Below are positions 37,847-48,499 of a stretch of DNA of 53,489 nt, piece by piece (within the stretch, counting starts at the first letter, position 1; each line of letters starts with the position of its first letter). The notes under the pieces are model-generated. The model searched no databases and was not told the origin of the DNA. It was given only the letters and a program-made list of their open reading frames with translations. This DNA is from Gammaproteobacteria bacterium. Its GTDB lineage: Bacteria; Pseudomonadota; Gammaproteobacteria; HyVt-429. The stretch lies in NCBI GenBank assembly GCA_022340345.1, contig JAJDOE010000103.1, positions 1 to 53,489 of the forward strand. The letters run 5' to 3'. A program made the translations under genes and the position numbers.

Positions 37847-39132
37847 CGCACCGGCTCCGGTCCGAACACCACTTCGCCGCCCACCAGGGTCTGGATCACG
37901 CGGCCGCGAAAGGGCCAGCCGGCAAACGGCGTATTGGTACCGCGGCTGGCCATCTGGTCCGGGTCCAGCACCCACTCCGCCTCCGGGTCGAAAATACACA
38001 CGTCCGCGGTGGCCCCGACACCCAGATGGCCGGCGTCGATGCGCAAAACCGCCGCGGGTTCCGAGGTCAGCGCGGAAATTGCCCGGCCCATTTCCATGCT
38101 GCCGTCGTCCACCAGCCGCAGGGTCAGGGGCAGCAGGGTCTCCAGCGCCGAAATCCCGGGTTCCGCCGCGATGAAGGCGGCCAGCTTGGCGTCCGGTTCG
38201 TGAGGCTCGTGGTCCGAACAAATGACGCTGATGGCGCCTTCCGCCACCGCATGACGCAGCGCGTCGCGGTCCCGCTGGCTGCGCAGGGGTGGGCGCACAT
38301 GGCACTGGGTATTGAAGAAACCGATGTCGTGCTCGGTCAGGTGCAGGTGGTGAGCGGTGACGTCCGCGGTCACCGGCAGGCCCTGTTCCCGGGCGGCGGT
38401 CACCAGCGCCACCGCGCTGGCGCTGGACAGGTGGCAGAAGTGGGCGCGCACGCCGGTCTGCTGAATCAGCGCCAGGTCGCGGCTGACCCCGATGCGTTCG
38501 GCGGAATCCGGAATCGCCGGCAGCCCCAGCCGCGTGGCCACTTCACCTTCATGCACGCAACCCTTACCCCGCAACCAGGGGTCCTCGCAATGCAGGAACA
38601 CGGTGAGATCGAAACTGGCGGCGTATTCCATGGCGTGGCGCAACACCGCGGTATCCCGTATCGGCTCCAGCGCGTTGCTGAAACCCACGCAGCCGGCCTC
38701 TTCGAGGGCCGCCATGTCCGCCAGGTGGGCCCCCGCCAGGCCGCGGGTGAGGGCGCCCAGGGGATGCACGAAGGCCTTCTCGTATCGCCAGGCCCGCTGC
38801 TGGATCAGTTGCGCCATGGCCGGGGTGTCCACCGGTGGGTTGGTGTCCGGCGGACAGCACAGGGTCGTAATACCTGCCGTCACGGCGGCGGCGGTTTCGC
38901 TTTCGATGGTCGCCTTGTATTCCAGACCCGGCTCCCGCAGCCGCGCACGCAGGTCCACCAGTCCGGGACAGACGATGCAGCCACCCGCATCCAGTTCCTG
39001 TTCGGGTTTGAAGCCCCGGGGTTTTTCCCCTATCCCGGCGACAAAGCCGGTGGCGTCGATGTACAGGTCGGCTTCCCGATCCACGCCGTTGGCGGGATCG
39101 ACCAGGTAGCCATTGCGGATCACCAGGCTCAT
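37837..39132 (-). CDS. pyrC: Dihydroorotase-like protein, probably the inactive PyrC' ATCase partner
   Basis: [14 protein letters not shown], where the active enzyme has HxH, plus CCPPDTNP and SDHEPH. Follows pyrB. Confidence 0.9.
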   Translation of the reverse strand: MSLVIRNGYLVDPANGVDREADLYIDATGFVAGIGEKPRGFKPEQELDAGGCIVCPGLVDLRARLREPGLEYKATIESETAAAVTAGITTLCCPPDTNPPVDTPAMAQLIQQRAWRYEKAFVHPLGALTRGLAGAHLADMAALEEAGCVGFSNALEPIRDTAVLRHAMEYAASFDLTVFLHCEDPWLRGKGCVHEGEVATRLGLPAIPDSAERIGVSRDLALIQQTGVRAHFCHLSSASAVALVTAAREQGLPVTADVTAHHLHLTEHDIGFFNTQCHVRPPLRSQRDRDALRHAVAEGAISVICSDHEPHEPDAKLAAFIAAEPGISALETLLPLTLRLVDDGSMEMGRAISALTSEPAAVLRIDAGHLGVGATADVCIFDPEAEWVLDPDQMASRGTNTPFAGWPFRGRVIQTLVGGEVVFGPEPVRCR

Positions 39133-40112
39133 GCGTCGGGCAGCCGTGACCGGCGCGGTTCACTGCCGCCGAGGATGATGGCCATCACCGCCATGCGAAT
39201 GGCGATCCCGTAGGTGACCTGGGCCAGGATCACCGAGCGCTCCCCGTCCGCTACCGCGGAGTCGATTTCGAGGCCGCGATTGATGGGGCCCGGGTGCATG
39301 ACGATGGCTCCGGAATCCGCCAGCGCGAGGCGTTCCTCGGTCAGGCCATAGAGGTTGAAATATTCCTGCTCGCTGGGAATCTGTGCGCCGTCCATGCGTT
39401 CGCGCTGCACCCGCAGCATCATGATTACGTCCACGTCCCGCAGGCCCTCGTCCATTTCAGTAAACACCCGCACCCCCAGTCGCTCAATCTCCCGGGGCAG
39501 CAGGGTGCGCGGGCCCACCACGCGGATTTCCGCCACTCCCAGGGTACTCAGGGCGTGAATCTGGGAACGGGCCACCCGGGAATGCAGCACGTCGCCGACC
39601 ACTGCCACCCGCAGGTTCCGGAACTCGCCCTTGTGGGCGCGGATGGTGAACATGTCCAGCAGTGCCTGGGTCGGGTGGGCGTGGCGGCCGTCGCCGGCAT
39701 TGATGATGTGCACGTGATCCGGGACGTTGCGTGCGATCAGGTGCGGTGCGCCGCTTTCCGGGTGGCGCACGCAGAACAGGTCCGTATGCATGGCCTCCAG
39801 GGTGCGCACCGTGTCCAGCAGCGTCTCGCCCTTGGACGTGGAAGAGTGGGTCGGGTTGAGGTTGATTACGTCCGCCGACAGTCGCTTGGCGGCGATTTCA
39901 AAGGTGGTGCGGGTGCGCGTGCTGGCCTCGAAAAACAGATTGACCACCGTGCGCCCGCGCAGCAGCGGAACCTTTTTGATTTCCCGCCGGCCAAGGGTAA
40001 TAAACGATTCTGCGGTATCGAGGATGTTGAGAAGTGTTTCGCTACTCAGCCCCTCGATGGTGAGTAGATGCCGGAGATTGCCCTGTTCGGTGAGCTGGAT
40101 GCCCGGACTCAA
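39129..40112 (-). CDS. pyrB: Aspartate carbamoyltransferase catalytic subunit
   Basis: Motifs [26 protein letters not shown] and MHPGPINRG. Confidence 0.98.
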   Translation of the reverse strand: MSPGIQLTEQGNLRHLLTIEGLSSETLLNILDTAESFITLGRREIKKVPLLRGRTVVNLFFEASTRTRTTFEIAAKRLSADVINLNPTHSSTSKGETLLDTVRTLEAMHTDLFCVRHPESGAPHLIARNVPDHVHIINAGDGRHAHPTQALLDMFTIRAHKGEFRNLRVAVVGDVLHSRVARSQIHALSTLGVAEIRVVGPRTLLPREIERLGVRVFTEMDEGLRDVDVIMMLRVQRERMDGAQIPSEQEYFNLYGLTEERLALADSGAIVMHPGPINRGLEIDSAVADGERSVILAQVTYGIAIRMAVMAIILGGSEPRRSRLPDA

Positions 40113-40606
40113 GTCCCGTCCTCGAGGATGTTGAGCTGCATGTCGTCTGGGCCCGCCAGCTTGACGTGCTGGTGTTCCGCCAGTTCCAGCTTGCGGCCCA
40201 CCACGTCGGGCTGGATGGGCAATTCACGGGCGTCCCGGTCCACCAGCACCGCCAGGGTTATGGAGCGCGGGCGCCCGTAGTCAAAGATTTCGTTGAGCGC
40301 CGCGCGAATGGTGCGACCGGTCTGCAGCACGTCATCCACCAGGATCACGTTGCGTCCGTCCACGTCCACCGGCAGGTCCGAGGCGCGCACCTGTGGGTGT
40401 ACGCCGACGCGGGTGAAGTCGTCCCGGTAAAAGGTGATATCCAGGCTTCCCAGGGGTTCGGTGAAACCCATCCGGGAGTGCAGTTCCGCGGCAATCCAGG
40501 CGCCGCCGGAATGAATGCCCACCAGCAGCGGATCCGCTGGCATTCGCTCGCGCAACTGTGTCGCCATGCTTTCCAGCAGGCTTTGGATTTCCTTGCTATG
40601 GGCCAC
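40109..40606 (-). CDS. pyrR: PyrR regulator / uracil phosphoribosyltransferase
   Basis: Motifs [20 protein letters not shown] and RELPIQPD. Start GTG 40606 is inferred. Confidence 0.95.
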   Translation of the reverse strand: MAHSKEIQSLLESMATQLRERMPADPLLVGIHSGGAWIAAELHSRMGFTEPLGSLDITFYRDDFTRVGVHPQVRASDLPVDVDGRNVILVDDVLQTGRTIRAALNEIFDYGRPRSITLAVLVDRDARELPIQPDVVGRKLELAEHQHVKLAGPDDMQLNILEDGT

Positions 40607-41024
40607 CGGGATTCTCGCGAAAAAACGTCTGCAAGATGATCTGTGCGGACGCACCGTCGATCCGCTCCCGAATCCGGTCGCTGCGGGTGCCCTCGGCTTC
40701 AAGTGCCGCGCGGGCGGTCCGGGAACTCAGTCGCTCGTCGATCAGATGAACGGGCCGATTGTAGCGGCTTGACAGTTGCCGGCCAAACTTTCGCGCCAGA
40801 CCCGTGGTGTCGTTGTCACTGCCGTCCATGTTCAGCGGAAGACCCACCACCAGCGCCTGTGGGTCCCACTCCGTCAGCAAGGAATCGATACGCGGCCAGT
40901 CCGGGCGGCCGTGGCGGCAATCCACGTTTTCCAGGGGTCGGGCGGACGCGACCAGTGTCTGGCCCACGGCGAGGCCGATGCGGCGGGTTCCGAAGTCGAA
41001 GGCCAGCAGGATCCCCGGGTTCAA
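40596..41024 (-). CDS. ruvX: YqgF/RuvX pre-16S rRNA nuclease
   Basis: Motifs LAFDFGTRRIGLAVG, VVGLP and IDERLSS. Confidence 0.96.
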   Translation of the reverse strand: MNPGILLAFDFGTRRIGLAVGQTLVASARPLENVDCRHGRPDWPRIDSLLTEWDPQALVVGLPLNMDGSDNDTTGLARKFGRQLSSRYNRPVHLIDERLSSRTARAALEAEGTRSDRIRERIDGASAQIILQTFFRENPGGP

Positions 41025-41572
41025 GCGTGCCCGGCCTCGCTGGAAAGCAGCGCCGGGTCCACCCCCAGGTGGCGGGTGGCCGCCTCCCAGCAGCCGTCCG
41101 CGGGGGTTTCGAAAATTAGCTGGGTGTTGGCCGGGCCGTTCAGCCAGGCGTTCTGGCTGATTTCGTGTTCCAGTTGGCCAGCACCCCAGCCGGCGTAACC
41201 CAGCGCCACCAGATAGTGGCGGGGACCTGTGGCCCCGGCGATCGCGGCAAGCACGTCCTGGGAGGTGGTCAAGGCCAGGTCCTCGCCCACCACCAGGGTT
41301 GATTCCCAGCCCGGACCGTCATGGATCACGAAGCCCCGCTCCATTTGCACCGGTCCGCCATGAAACACCGGGCGATCCAGGCTGGCCGGGTCGCCGCCGC
41401 TGACGTGCATCTGCTCCAGGACTTCTCCCAGGTTGAGCTGGGTAGGGCGGTTGATAACGATTCCCAGGGCGCCTTCCGCACCGTGCTGACAGACCAGGGT
41501 GACGGTGCGACTGAAATTGGGATCCTGCATGCTGGGCATGGCGATCAGGAACTGGTTGCGCAGGGATTCCAC
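41021..41572 (-). CDS. yqgE: YqgE/AlgH family protein
   Basis: Motifs FLIAMP, DPNFSRTV, GGPV and LGYAGWGAGQLE. Start GTG 41572 is inferred. Confidence 0.95.
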   Translation of the reverse strand: MESLRNQFLIAMPSMQDPNFSRTVTLVCQHGAEGALGIVINRPTQLNLGEVLEQMHVSGGDPASLDRPVFHGGPVQMERGFVIHDGPGWESTLVVGEDLALTTSQDVLAAIAGATGPRHYLVALGYAGWGAGQLEHEISQNAWLNGPANTQLIFETPADGCWEAATRHLGVDPALLSSEAGHA

Positions 41573-41713
41573 GATGTTTCGGTCTAGCTCAGCCGCGGCC
41601 GCACGCCGTCCGGTGTGGAGCGATGACCGGATTATACGGCACCGGCTGCGGTGTGCACGAAGGTGTCCGGCCGGCGCCGGCGGCGGCGGTTTCCCGGGCG
41701 TTTTCGGAATCAA

Positions 41714-42613
41714 TCAGCGGCTCTTCAGCCGCGCTCCGCGCAGGAACTGCCAGGTGCGCGTGATGTGCAGGATATCCACATCCTTGCGAATTTGCTCGGG
41801 AAATGGCGCGTACGGCGACGCCAGGCGCACGATTCTGATCGCGGCCTCATCCAGTATGCGCACGCCGGACGAACGCTTCACGGAAATCTCGTTCACGCTG
41901 CCATCCGGGTTGATCGCCACATCCAGCATCAGGTTGCCGGTCAGGTTGCGTTGCTTGGCCTCGGCCGGGTAATTCAGGTTGCCGACCCGCTCCACCTTGG
42001 CGCGCCAGGCGTCCATGTAGGCGGCGAATTTGTACTCCCGGGTGCGTGCGCTCAGGAACTTGCGTCGCGGACGCTTCTGGTACTCGCGCCATGCCTCGGA
42101 GATCTTCGCGCTCAATTGAGCGCGTTCCAGTTGCCGGGGGTCCGGGGTGATCTCGCCCGCCCGGGCGCTGGCCGCGGGGCGCTGGGAATCCCGCGGGCGC
42201 GTGGGCGACAGCAGGCGCCGGGAATCGGCATCCACCATCAGGTCCTCGGGAGTATTTTCCGCCGCCGGAGTGGGGGGCGGGGCCGGTACGCTTGCCGTCG
42301 GCAACTGGGCCGGGGTGACGCTGATTTCCGTAACCGGCAGCGGGCTGGAAGCCACCGACTCGGAATCACCACCGCCATCCTGGGAGGACTGGGCCAGGAA
42401 GTCCGCTTCCGAGGGCGCATCCTCGCTGCGGGTCTGCACCAGGATGATTTCCATGTTGGGAAGCTTGTCCAGCTCCGGCAATACGTGGGGCAGGGTGAAT
42501 CCCACCCCCAGCACCACCAGCACGTGCAGCAGCAGGGAGCCGAAGACCGTCAGGCCAAGCCGGTCGGAACCGGATAGAACGGCCAGGTCGGCTGGGGTCG
42601 TGGCGGTGCTCAT
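41714..42613 (-). CDS. TonB family protein (TonB3-like by position between gshB and algH)
   Basis: N-terminal transmembrane segment with SLLLH, a Pro-rich linker, and a TonB C-terminal domain (NYP...SSG...LDEAA). Confidence 0.88.
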   Translation of the reverse strand: MSTATTPADLAVLSGSDRLGLTVFGSLLLHVLVVLGVGFTLPHVLPELDKLPNMEIILVQTRSEDAPSEADFLAQSSQDGGGDSESVASSPLPVTEISVTPAQLPTASVPAPPPTPAAENTPEDLMVDADSRRLLSPTRPRDSQRPAASARAGEITPDPRQLERAQLSAKISEAWREYQKRPRRKFLSARTREYKFAAYMDAWRAKVERVGNLNYPAEAKQRNLTGNLMLDVAINPDGSVNEISVKRSSGVRILDEAAIRIVRLASPYAPFPEQIRKDVDILHITRTWQFLRGARLKSR

Positions 42614-43557
42614 GTCGTCAGCCGCTGCTCGATGGCGTCCATCAGGCCGGCGCTGATGTTCAGGCCGAAGGCAGCATCCAGCTCCCGGATACAGGTGGGG
42701 GAGGTTACGTTGATCTCCGTGAGCCGGTCGCCGATTACGTCCAGGCCGCAGAACAACACCCCGCGCTCTCGCAGGGTGGGCGCGATCCGTTCACAGATAC
42801 GATAGTCGGCCGCCACCAGCGGAATCGCCTCGCCGCGGCCCCCCACCGCCAGGTTCCCGCGGGTTTCGCCGGGGGGCGGGATGCGCGCCAGTGCATAGGG
42901 CACGGGCTTGCCGTCCACCAGCAGTATGCGCTTGTCGCCGTCGCGAATTTCCGGCACGAACCGTTGCGCCATGACCGTGGTCTGGTCGTCGCCAAGCATG
43001 GTCTCGAGGATGACGTTGAGGTTGGGGTCGTCCGGGCGAAGGCGAAAAATGGAACGTCCGCCCATGCCATCCAGTGGCTTGAGAATGATGTCTCCCTGCT
43101 CGCGCAGGAACGAGTGGATGCGTGCCCGCTGGCGTGTCACCAGCGTAGGTGGCGTAATCTCGGGGAACCAGGCGGTGAACAATTTCTCGTTGGCGTCGCG
43201 CAGCGCCTGGGGCCGGTTGACTACCAGGCAACCGCTGGCCTCCGCCAGTTCCAGCGCGTAGGTACTGTAGATGTACTCCATGTTGAATGGCGGATCCTTG
43301 CGCATGAGGATCGCGTGCAGATCCAGCGGACCGTCGTGCTCGGGGCCGAATGCATACCAGCGTTGCGGGTCGTTGAATACCTCGAGTTCCCGCCAGCGGG
43401 CGCAGGCAACTCCGTCGGCGACGTACAGATCCTGGGGCTCCATGTAGCACAGCTGCCAGCCTCGCCGGGCGCCCTCCAGCAGCATGGCCAGGGTACTGTC
43501 CTTCTTGAAATAGATCCCGGCGATGGGATCCATTACGACACCCAGGCGTATCGTCAC
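42610..43557 (-). CDS. gshB: Glutathione synthetase
   Basis: Motifs VVMDPI, KDSTLAM, MRKDPPF, KPLDGMGG and EINVTSPT. Confidence 0.98.
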   Translation of the reverse strand: MTIRLGVVMDPIAGIYFKKDSTLAMLLEGARRGWQLCYMEPQDLYVADGVACARWRELEVFNDPQRWYAFGPEHDGPLDLHAILMRKDPPFNMEYIYSTYALELAEASGCLVVNRPQALRDANEKLFTAWFPEITPPTLVTRQRARIHSFLREQGDIILKPLDGMGGRSIFRLRPDDPNLNVILETMLGDDQTTVMAQRFVPEIRDGDKRILLVDGKPVPYALARIPPPGETRGNLAVGGRGEAIPLVAADYRICERIAPTLRERGVLFCGLDVIGDRLTEINVTSPTCIRELDAAFGLNISAGLMDAIEQRLTT

Positions 43558-44852
43558 GTGGAATTGACCATTCGCAGTTCCCGCGCCGCGGCCAGCAGGG
43601 CGAGGCGGGCTACGACGCCATAAGCGTAGAAGCGGTTCTCGTGGGCGCCCGGACCGGCGGCGCGGTTCGGACTGGCGCAGCAATCGTCGAAGGCCAGGGG
43701 TTCAAAGTGCATGCCCGGTGCGTTGAGATTGTCGTGGGCGGTACGCCCGGTGTGCACGCGGTAGAAGCCACCGACCACGAAGTGATCGATCATGTACACC
43801 ACCGGCTCAGCCACCGCACCGCTGTCGCCCCAGGTTTCGAAGGTGTACACCCCTTCCTGAATCATGATCTGGCGGACCGCGGCGCCGCCTTTCCCTTTTG
43901 CCATCTTGTTGCGTTGCTTGCGATTCAGTTCGCGAACCTGCTCGGCGTCGTGCACGGTCATGATGTTCATGCCGTAGGTGCCGGCGTCCGCTTTGACGAT
44001 GACATAGGGTTGCTGATCGATGTTGTGCTCCTGGTAACGCTGGGCAATTTCCTTCAGCACCGCCCCGACGTTCTGCACCAGGCAGTCCTCCCCGGAACGC
44101 TTCTGGAAATCGATCTCTCCGCACTTGCGAAACAGCGGGTCCAGCAGCCAGCTGTCCAGCTCCACCAGTGCGCCGAATTCCTGCGCCACCCGGTGGTAGT
44201 GGGCGAAGTGGTCTGATTTCAGGCGATTCGACCAGCCCAGCGCCGGCGGCGGCACCAGCGGCTGCTCCAGTCCGTCGAGAATCTCCGGACGCCCCGAGGA
44301 CAGATCGTTGTTCAGCAGCACCAGGCAGGCGTCAAAGCCTTCCACCCCGAGCCGGTTCCCGCGCCGGATCAGCGGCTCTTTAATTAGTACCTCGGCCCCG
44401 GCCGCAAGTTCCACCGGCGCCTTCAGTTCGGGGTCCAGGCTGCCAAGCCGGACCTGGAACCCGGCCATTTCCAGCATGCCCTTGAGGGTTGCCAGATTCG
44501 CCAGGTAGAACTGGTTGCGGGAATGGTCCTCGGGAATCAGCAGGATGTTGCAGGCGGTTTCCACCAGGCGCTCGGCGGCGGTCTGGATCGCCTGGGTGGC
44601 CAGCGGACGGAAGGCCACGTTGAGATTGTTGAAACCCGCGGGAAACAGATTGGTATCCACCGGGGCCAGTTTGAAGCCGGCGTTGCGCAGGTCCACCGAG
44701 GCGTAGAAGGGCGCCGGTGTGGTCAGCCACTGGCTGCGGAACCAGTGCTCAATATCCGCCTGGCGCTCCAGAAAACGGCGCTCGATGGCCTGCAGCGGGC
44801 CACTGAGGGCAGTGGTAAGGTGGGGCACTGCGTAGGCGGGTGTTACGGACAT
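43554..44852 (-). CDS. gshA: Glutamate--cysteine ligase (ATP-grasp-type GshA)
   Basis: Motifs SVDLRNAGFKLAPVDTNLFPAGFNNL, KADAGTYGM and NLNAPGM. Overlaps gshB. Confidence 0.95.
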   Translation of the reverse strand: MSVTPAYAVPHLTTALSGPLQAIERRFLERQADIEHWFRSQWLTTPAPFYASVDLRNAGFKLAPVDTNLFPAGFNNLNVAFRPLATQAIQTAAERLVETACNILLIPEDHSRNQFYLANLATLKGMLEMAGFQVRLGSLDPELKAPVELAAGAEVLIKEPLIRRGNRLGVEGFDACLVLLNNDLSSGRPEILDGLEQPLVPPPALGWSNRLKSDHFAHYHRVAQEFGALVELDSWLLDPLFRKCGEIDFQKRSGEDCLVQNVGAVLKEIAQRYQEHNIDQQPYVIVKADAGTYGMNIMTVHDAEQVRELNRKQRNKMAKGKGGAAVRQIMIQEGVYTFETWGDSGAVAEPVVYMIDHFVVGGFYRVHTGRTAHDNLNAPGMHFEPLAFDDCCASPNRAAGPGAHENRFYAYGVVARLALLAAARELRMVNST

Positions 44853-45065
44853 ACAATCTCCCGGCAACTGCCAGTTGCAACAGGAACAGGCCGAACCGCC
44901 AAATCCCGTCTAAACTGTAGCTTTGAATGAGGTTGGAATTGTGCGGAGTTCTTGTGGCTTTGCAAGGGCATTTATGCTAATAAATCATGATCATGGGGGC
45001 GTCTGCGCAGAAATTACTTTAGAAAGTCGACGCAACCCGGAGCAAGCCGTTCAGGCAGGTTTCTC

Positions 45066-45452
45066 ATGTCCACCAAGGTAATGATCGTTGATGACAGCAA
45101 TACTATTCGGCGTACCACCGAGGCGTTGCTGAGCAAGGCCGGTTACGAGGTAGTGACCGCCGCGGACGGTTTCGAGGCCATGTCGCTCATCCTGGATCAC
45201 GATCCGGACATTATCTTCGTGGATATCATGATGCCTCGCCTCGATGGATACCAGACCTGTTCCCTGATCAAGAGCAACCGCCAGTTCCGGGAGACCCCGG
45301 TCATCATGCTCTCCAGCAAGGACGGTCTGTTCGATCGCGCCCGCGGACGGGTCGCCGGGTCGGAAGAACACGTTAATAAACCGTTTACCCAGCAGGAGCT
45401 GGTAGAGGTCATCAATCGGCATGTGCGCCGGGAACGACGCGCAACCGGTTAG
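45066..45452 (+). CDS. pilG: Twitching motility response regulator PilG
   Basis: Motifs VDDSNTIRR, DIMMPRLDGYQTC and MLSSKDGLFD. Confidence 0.95.
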   Translation: MSTKVMIVDDSNTIRRTTEALLSKAGYEVVTAADGFEAMSLILDHDPDIIFVDIMMPRLDGYQTCSLIKSNRQFRETPVIMLSSKDGLFDRARGRVAGSEEHVNKPFTQQELVEVINRHVRRERRATG

Positions 45453-45471
45453 TTTTTTTGAGGTTTTGCAG

Positions 45472-45840
45472 ATGGCGATTGAAAGAGTACTGATTATTGA
45501 TGATTCGGCAACGGATCTTCATTTGCTGAACGATATGCTGTCTCGCAACGGCTTTGCCGTACTTACGGCATCGAACGGTGAGGACGGCATCCAGATGGCC
45601 CGTGCCGAACGACCGGACGCGATCCTGATGGACGTGGTGATGCCGGAAATGAACGGTTTCGAGGCGACCCGCGCGTTATCCAAGGACCCCCAGACCAAGG
45701 ACATCCCGGTGCTGATCGTATCTTCCAAAGACCAGGAGACCGATCGGGTCTGGGGCATGCGCCAGGGTGCGAAGGACTACCTCGTCAAGCCGGTGAACGA
45801 AAAGGCACTGGTTTCGGCATTGCGCGGAATCAAAGGATGA
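45472..45840 (+). CDS. pilH: Twitching motility response regulator PilH
   Basis: Motifs IIDDS, MDVVMP, NGFEATR and KDQETDRVWGMRQGA. Confidence 0.95.
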   Translation: MAIERVLIIDDSATDLHLLNDMLSRNGFAVLTASNGEDGIQMARAERPDAILMDVVMPEMNGFEATRALSKDPQTKDIPVLIVSSKDQETDRVWGMRQGAKDYLVKPVNEKALVSALRGIKG

Positions 45841-46367
45841 TCGATCACCCCTTTTCCCTGCTGAGCGTCATGGACGACGCCGCGCGTGCGGCGAAAGTCC
45901 CTCTGCCGCGCGAAGAAGCGCCGGTACAGAGCTGGTCGGGACTGGCGGTGCGTGCCGGCAGCCGGCAGCTGGTGCTCGGCCTGGAGCAGGTTCGTGACGT
46001 GGTGACGGTCGGGTCCATGACTTCGGTGCCGGGAACGGAACCCTGGCTGCGCGGGCTGGCAAACGTCCGCGGTGATCTGCTTGCGGTCACCGACCTGGCC
46101 GCGTTCTTCGGCGACCCGGCCACGGCCAGCAATCCCGCCACACGTCTGCTGGTCATGCGTTCCAGCCAGCTCAAGGGCGCCCTGATGGTAAGCGCGGTTC
46201 TTGGCCTGCGCCATTTTCTTGAAGACCAGCGCCAGCCGGGACCCGCGGGCGACACCAGCCTCGATCCCTTCGTCAGCAGCAGTTTTCGCAGTGAAGGTGG
46301 AACGTGGTTTGTACTGGATTTAGACGCCCTTGCGGGCGATGAGCGTTTCCTGCGCGCGGCGGCCTGA
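45837..46367 (+). CDS. pilI: CheW-like adaptor PilI
   Basis: VPGTEPWLRGLANVRGDLLAVTDL, in the expected operon position. Confidence 0.92.
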   Translation: MIDHPFSLLSVMDDAARAAKVPLPREEAPVQSWSGLAVRAGSRQLVLGLEQVRDVVTVGSMTSVPGTEPWLRGLANVRGDLLAVTDLAAFFGDPATASNPATRLLVMRSSQLKGALMVSAVLGLRHFLEDQRQPGPAGDTSLDPFVSSSFRSEGGTWFVLDLDALAGDERFLRAAA

Positions 46368-46400
46368 CGGTCGCGCCGCGGACATGAGGGGGAGAACCCG

Positions 46401-48473
46401 ATGGCTATCGCGAAAGAAGATCTGACCAACCAATTCGAGGGCGCGAGCCCGGCTGCCGCGGCAGCGGCCCCCGCCCGGGGCGGTGCCCGCGCTGGCGGTT
46501 CAGGCAGTGTCGCCAGCAGGCTATGGATCCTGGGCATCGGCATGGTGGTTGCCATTGTTGCGCTGGTGGCACTGCTGGCCATTGAGACCCAACGCTCCGG
46601 GGCCCAGGCACGCTACGTGGACATGGCAAGTTACATGCTCATGGGATCCCAGCGACTGGCCAAGGATGCCCGCGAGGCGGTGCTTGGCAACGAGGCCGCT
46701 TTCCGCACCCTGGACCAGACGCGGCTGACCTTCACCGCGGTGCTGGACGCCCTGGACAAGGGTGATCCGAACGCCAATATCAAGCCGACCCCGGCCGCGG
46801 TGCGACCCAAGCTGAGTGCGCTGCAGGAACTGTGGAACAAGACCTCCGAAGACGTCGCGACCATTCTCAGCCACGAGCAGGTGCTGGTGCAGTTGCGCGG
46901 TAACGTGGATACGGTCAACGAACTCAGTCCCCTTCTGCTGGCCCAGTCCGACGAGGTGGTCGAAGCGATCATGGCTTCCGGCGCGGATCCCGATCTGCTC
47001 AACGTGGCGGGCCTGCAACGAACCCTGAGCCAGCGTATTACCAAGGACATCAACGTGTTCGCCCTGGGCGGCTCCGGCGCCGCGGTTGCGGCAACCCAGT
47101 TCGGCAAGGACCTCAAGCGTTTTGGTGACACCAGCGCGGCAATTCGCACTGCCAGCTCGCCGGTTGTGCACGCAAAGCTCGACCAGGTGGACGAGACCTA
47201 CACGGAATTGAATGGCGCCGTTACGGTCATCCTCCAGAACGTGGCCGAGTTTTTTGGTGCCCAGCGCGCCGCTTCTTTTGTAACCGCTGACAGCGACGGG
47301 CTGCTCAGCGCCGCGCAGGACCTGGTGGCGTCGTACCGGCAACTGTCACCGGTTGGTGGCGGCTGGCAACAGTACCTTCCCTATGCGCTGGGCCTGTTGG
47401 GCGCCCTGATGCTGGTTGGCTTTGTTACCACCCTGGTGTCCGATGCCCGGGCCCGCGCCCGTGGCAGCGCGGAGCAGAATATCCAGACCCAGAACGCGAT
47501 CCTTACGCTGCTGGACGAGATGGGCAACCTGGCGGATGGCGACCTGACCATTAACCCGACGGTGACGGACCAGATGACCGGCGCCATCGCGGACTCGGTG
47601 AACTACGCCGTTCGCGAGATGCGCGAGGTGGTGGCACGAATCAACGAAACGGCAACTTCCGTGGCACGGGAATCCTCCCAGACCCGGGGCCGGGTAACGG
47701 AACTCGCGGAGGCGGCCCAGCGCCAGACGGAGCAGATCGTCGCCGCGGCGGGTCGTACCCAGGAAATGTCACGTTCCATGCAGGAAATGTCGGAGGGTGC
47801 CCGCCAGTCCGCGGAGGTGGCCAACGCCTCGGTGTCGGTGGCAAAGCGCGGTGCGGATGCGGTGCGCAAGACCATCACGGGCATGAACGACATGCGCGAG
47901 CAGATTCAGGAGACGGCCAAGCGAATCAAGCGCCTTGGTGAGAGTTCGCAGCAGATTTCGGAGATCGTGAACCTGATCGATGATATCGCGGAGCAGACCA
48001 ACATTCTGTCTCTGAATGCTTCGATCCAGGCCGCACAGGCGGGTGAAGCGGGCCGCGGATTCGCGGTGGTGGCGGACGAAGTGCAACGCCTGGCGGAACG
48101 CTCGGCCGAGGCAACCCGCCAGATCGACACGCTGGTGAAGACGATTCAGGCGGATACCAACGACGCCGTTGTCGCCATGGAAAAGGCTACCCAGGAGGTG
48201 GTCGAGGGCGCCTCGGTGGCGGACGCCGCCGGACAGGCGCTCGGTGAGATTGAAGAGGAATCGGAGGCCCTTTCCCGGCTCATCGCGGACATGGCCCAGT
48301 CGGCGCTTTCCCAGTCGGAGAACGCTACCGGCGTATCGGCGTCCATGGACGAGATTCGGCAGGTTACGGAGCAAACCTCCCGGGGTACCCGCGACACGGC
48401 CGGGGCCATCGCCCACCTGTCGGAACTGGTGCAGGACCTGCAGACTTCGGTGGCCGGCTTCCGCCTGGAGTAG
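46401..48473 (+). CDS. pilJ: Methyl-accepting chemoreceptor PilJ
   Basis: Two transmembrane helices, HAMP region [13 protein letters not shown], and signalling hairpin QTNILSLNA...[21 protein letters not shown]. Confidence 0.95.
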   Translation: MAIAKEDLTNQFEGASPAAAAAAPARGGARAGGSGSVASRLWILGIGMVVAIVALVALLAIETQRSGAQARYVDMASYMLMGSQRLAKDAREAVLGNEAAFRTLDQTRLTFTAVLDALDKGDPNANIKPTPAAVRPKLSALQELWNKTSEDVATILSHEQVLVQLRGNVDTVNELSPLLLAQSDEVVEAIMASGADPDLLNVAGLQRTLSQRITKDINVFALGGSGAAVAATQFGKDLKRFGDTSAAIRTASSPVVHAKLDQVDETYTELNGAVTVILQNVAEFFGAQRAASFVTADSDGLLSAAQDLVASYRQLSPVGGGWQQYLPYALGLLGALMLVGFVTTLVSDARARARGSAEQNIQTQNAILTLLDEMGNLADGDLTINPTVTDQMTGAIADSVNYAVREMREVVARINETATSVARESSQTRGRVTELAEAAQRQTEQIVAAAGRTQEMSRSMQEMSEGARQSAEVANASVSVAKRGADAVRKTITGMNDMREQIQETAKRIKRLGESSQQISEIVNLIDDIAEQTNILSLNASIQAAQAGEAGRGFAVVADEVQRLAERSAEATRQIDTLVKTIQADTNDAVVAMEKATQEVVEGASVADAAGQALGEIEEESEALSRLIADMAQSALSQSENATGVSASMDEIRQVTEQTSRGTRDTAGAIAHLSELVQDLQTSVAGFRLE

Positions 48474-48499
48474 GGCGAGCGGCGGCAGCTTCTGAATTC

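Noticed and set aside
37268-38305. 345-aa version of the Ntn hydrolase ORF (possible propeptide)
   Set aside because: The extension overlaps pyrC' out of frame and is compositionally spurious. GTG 37846 has an RBS.
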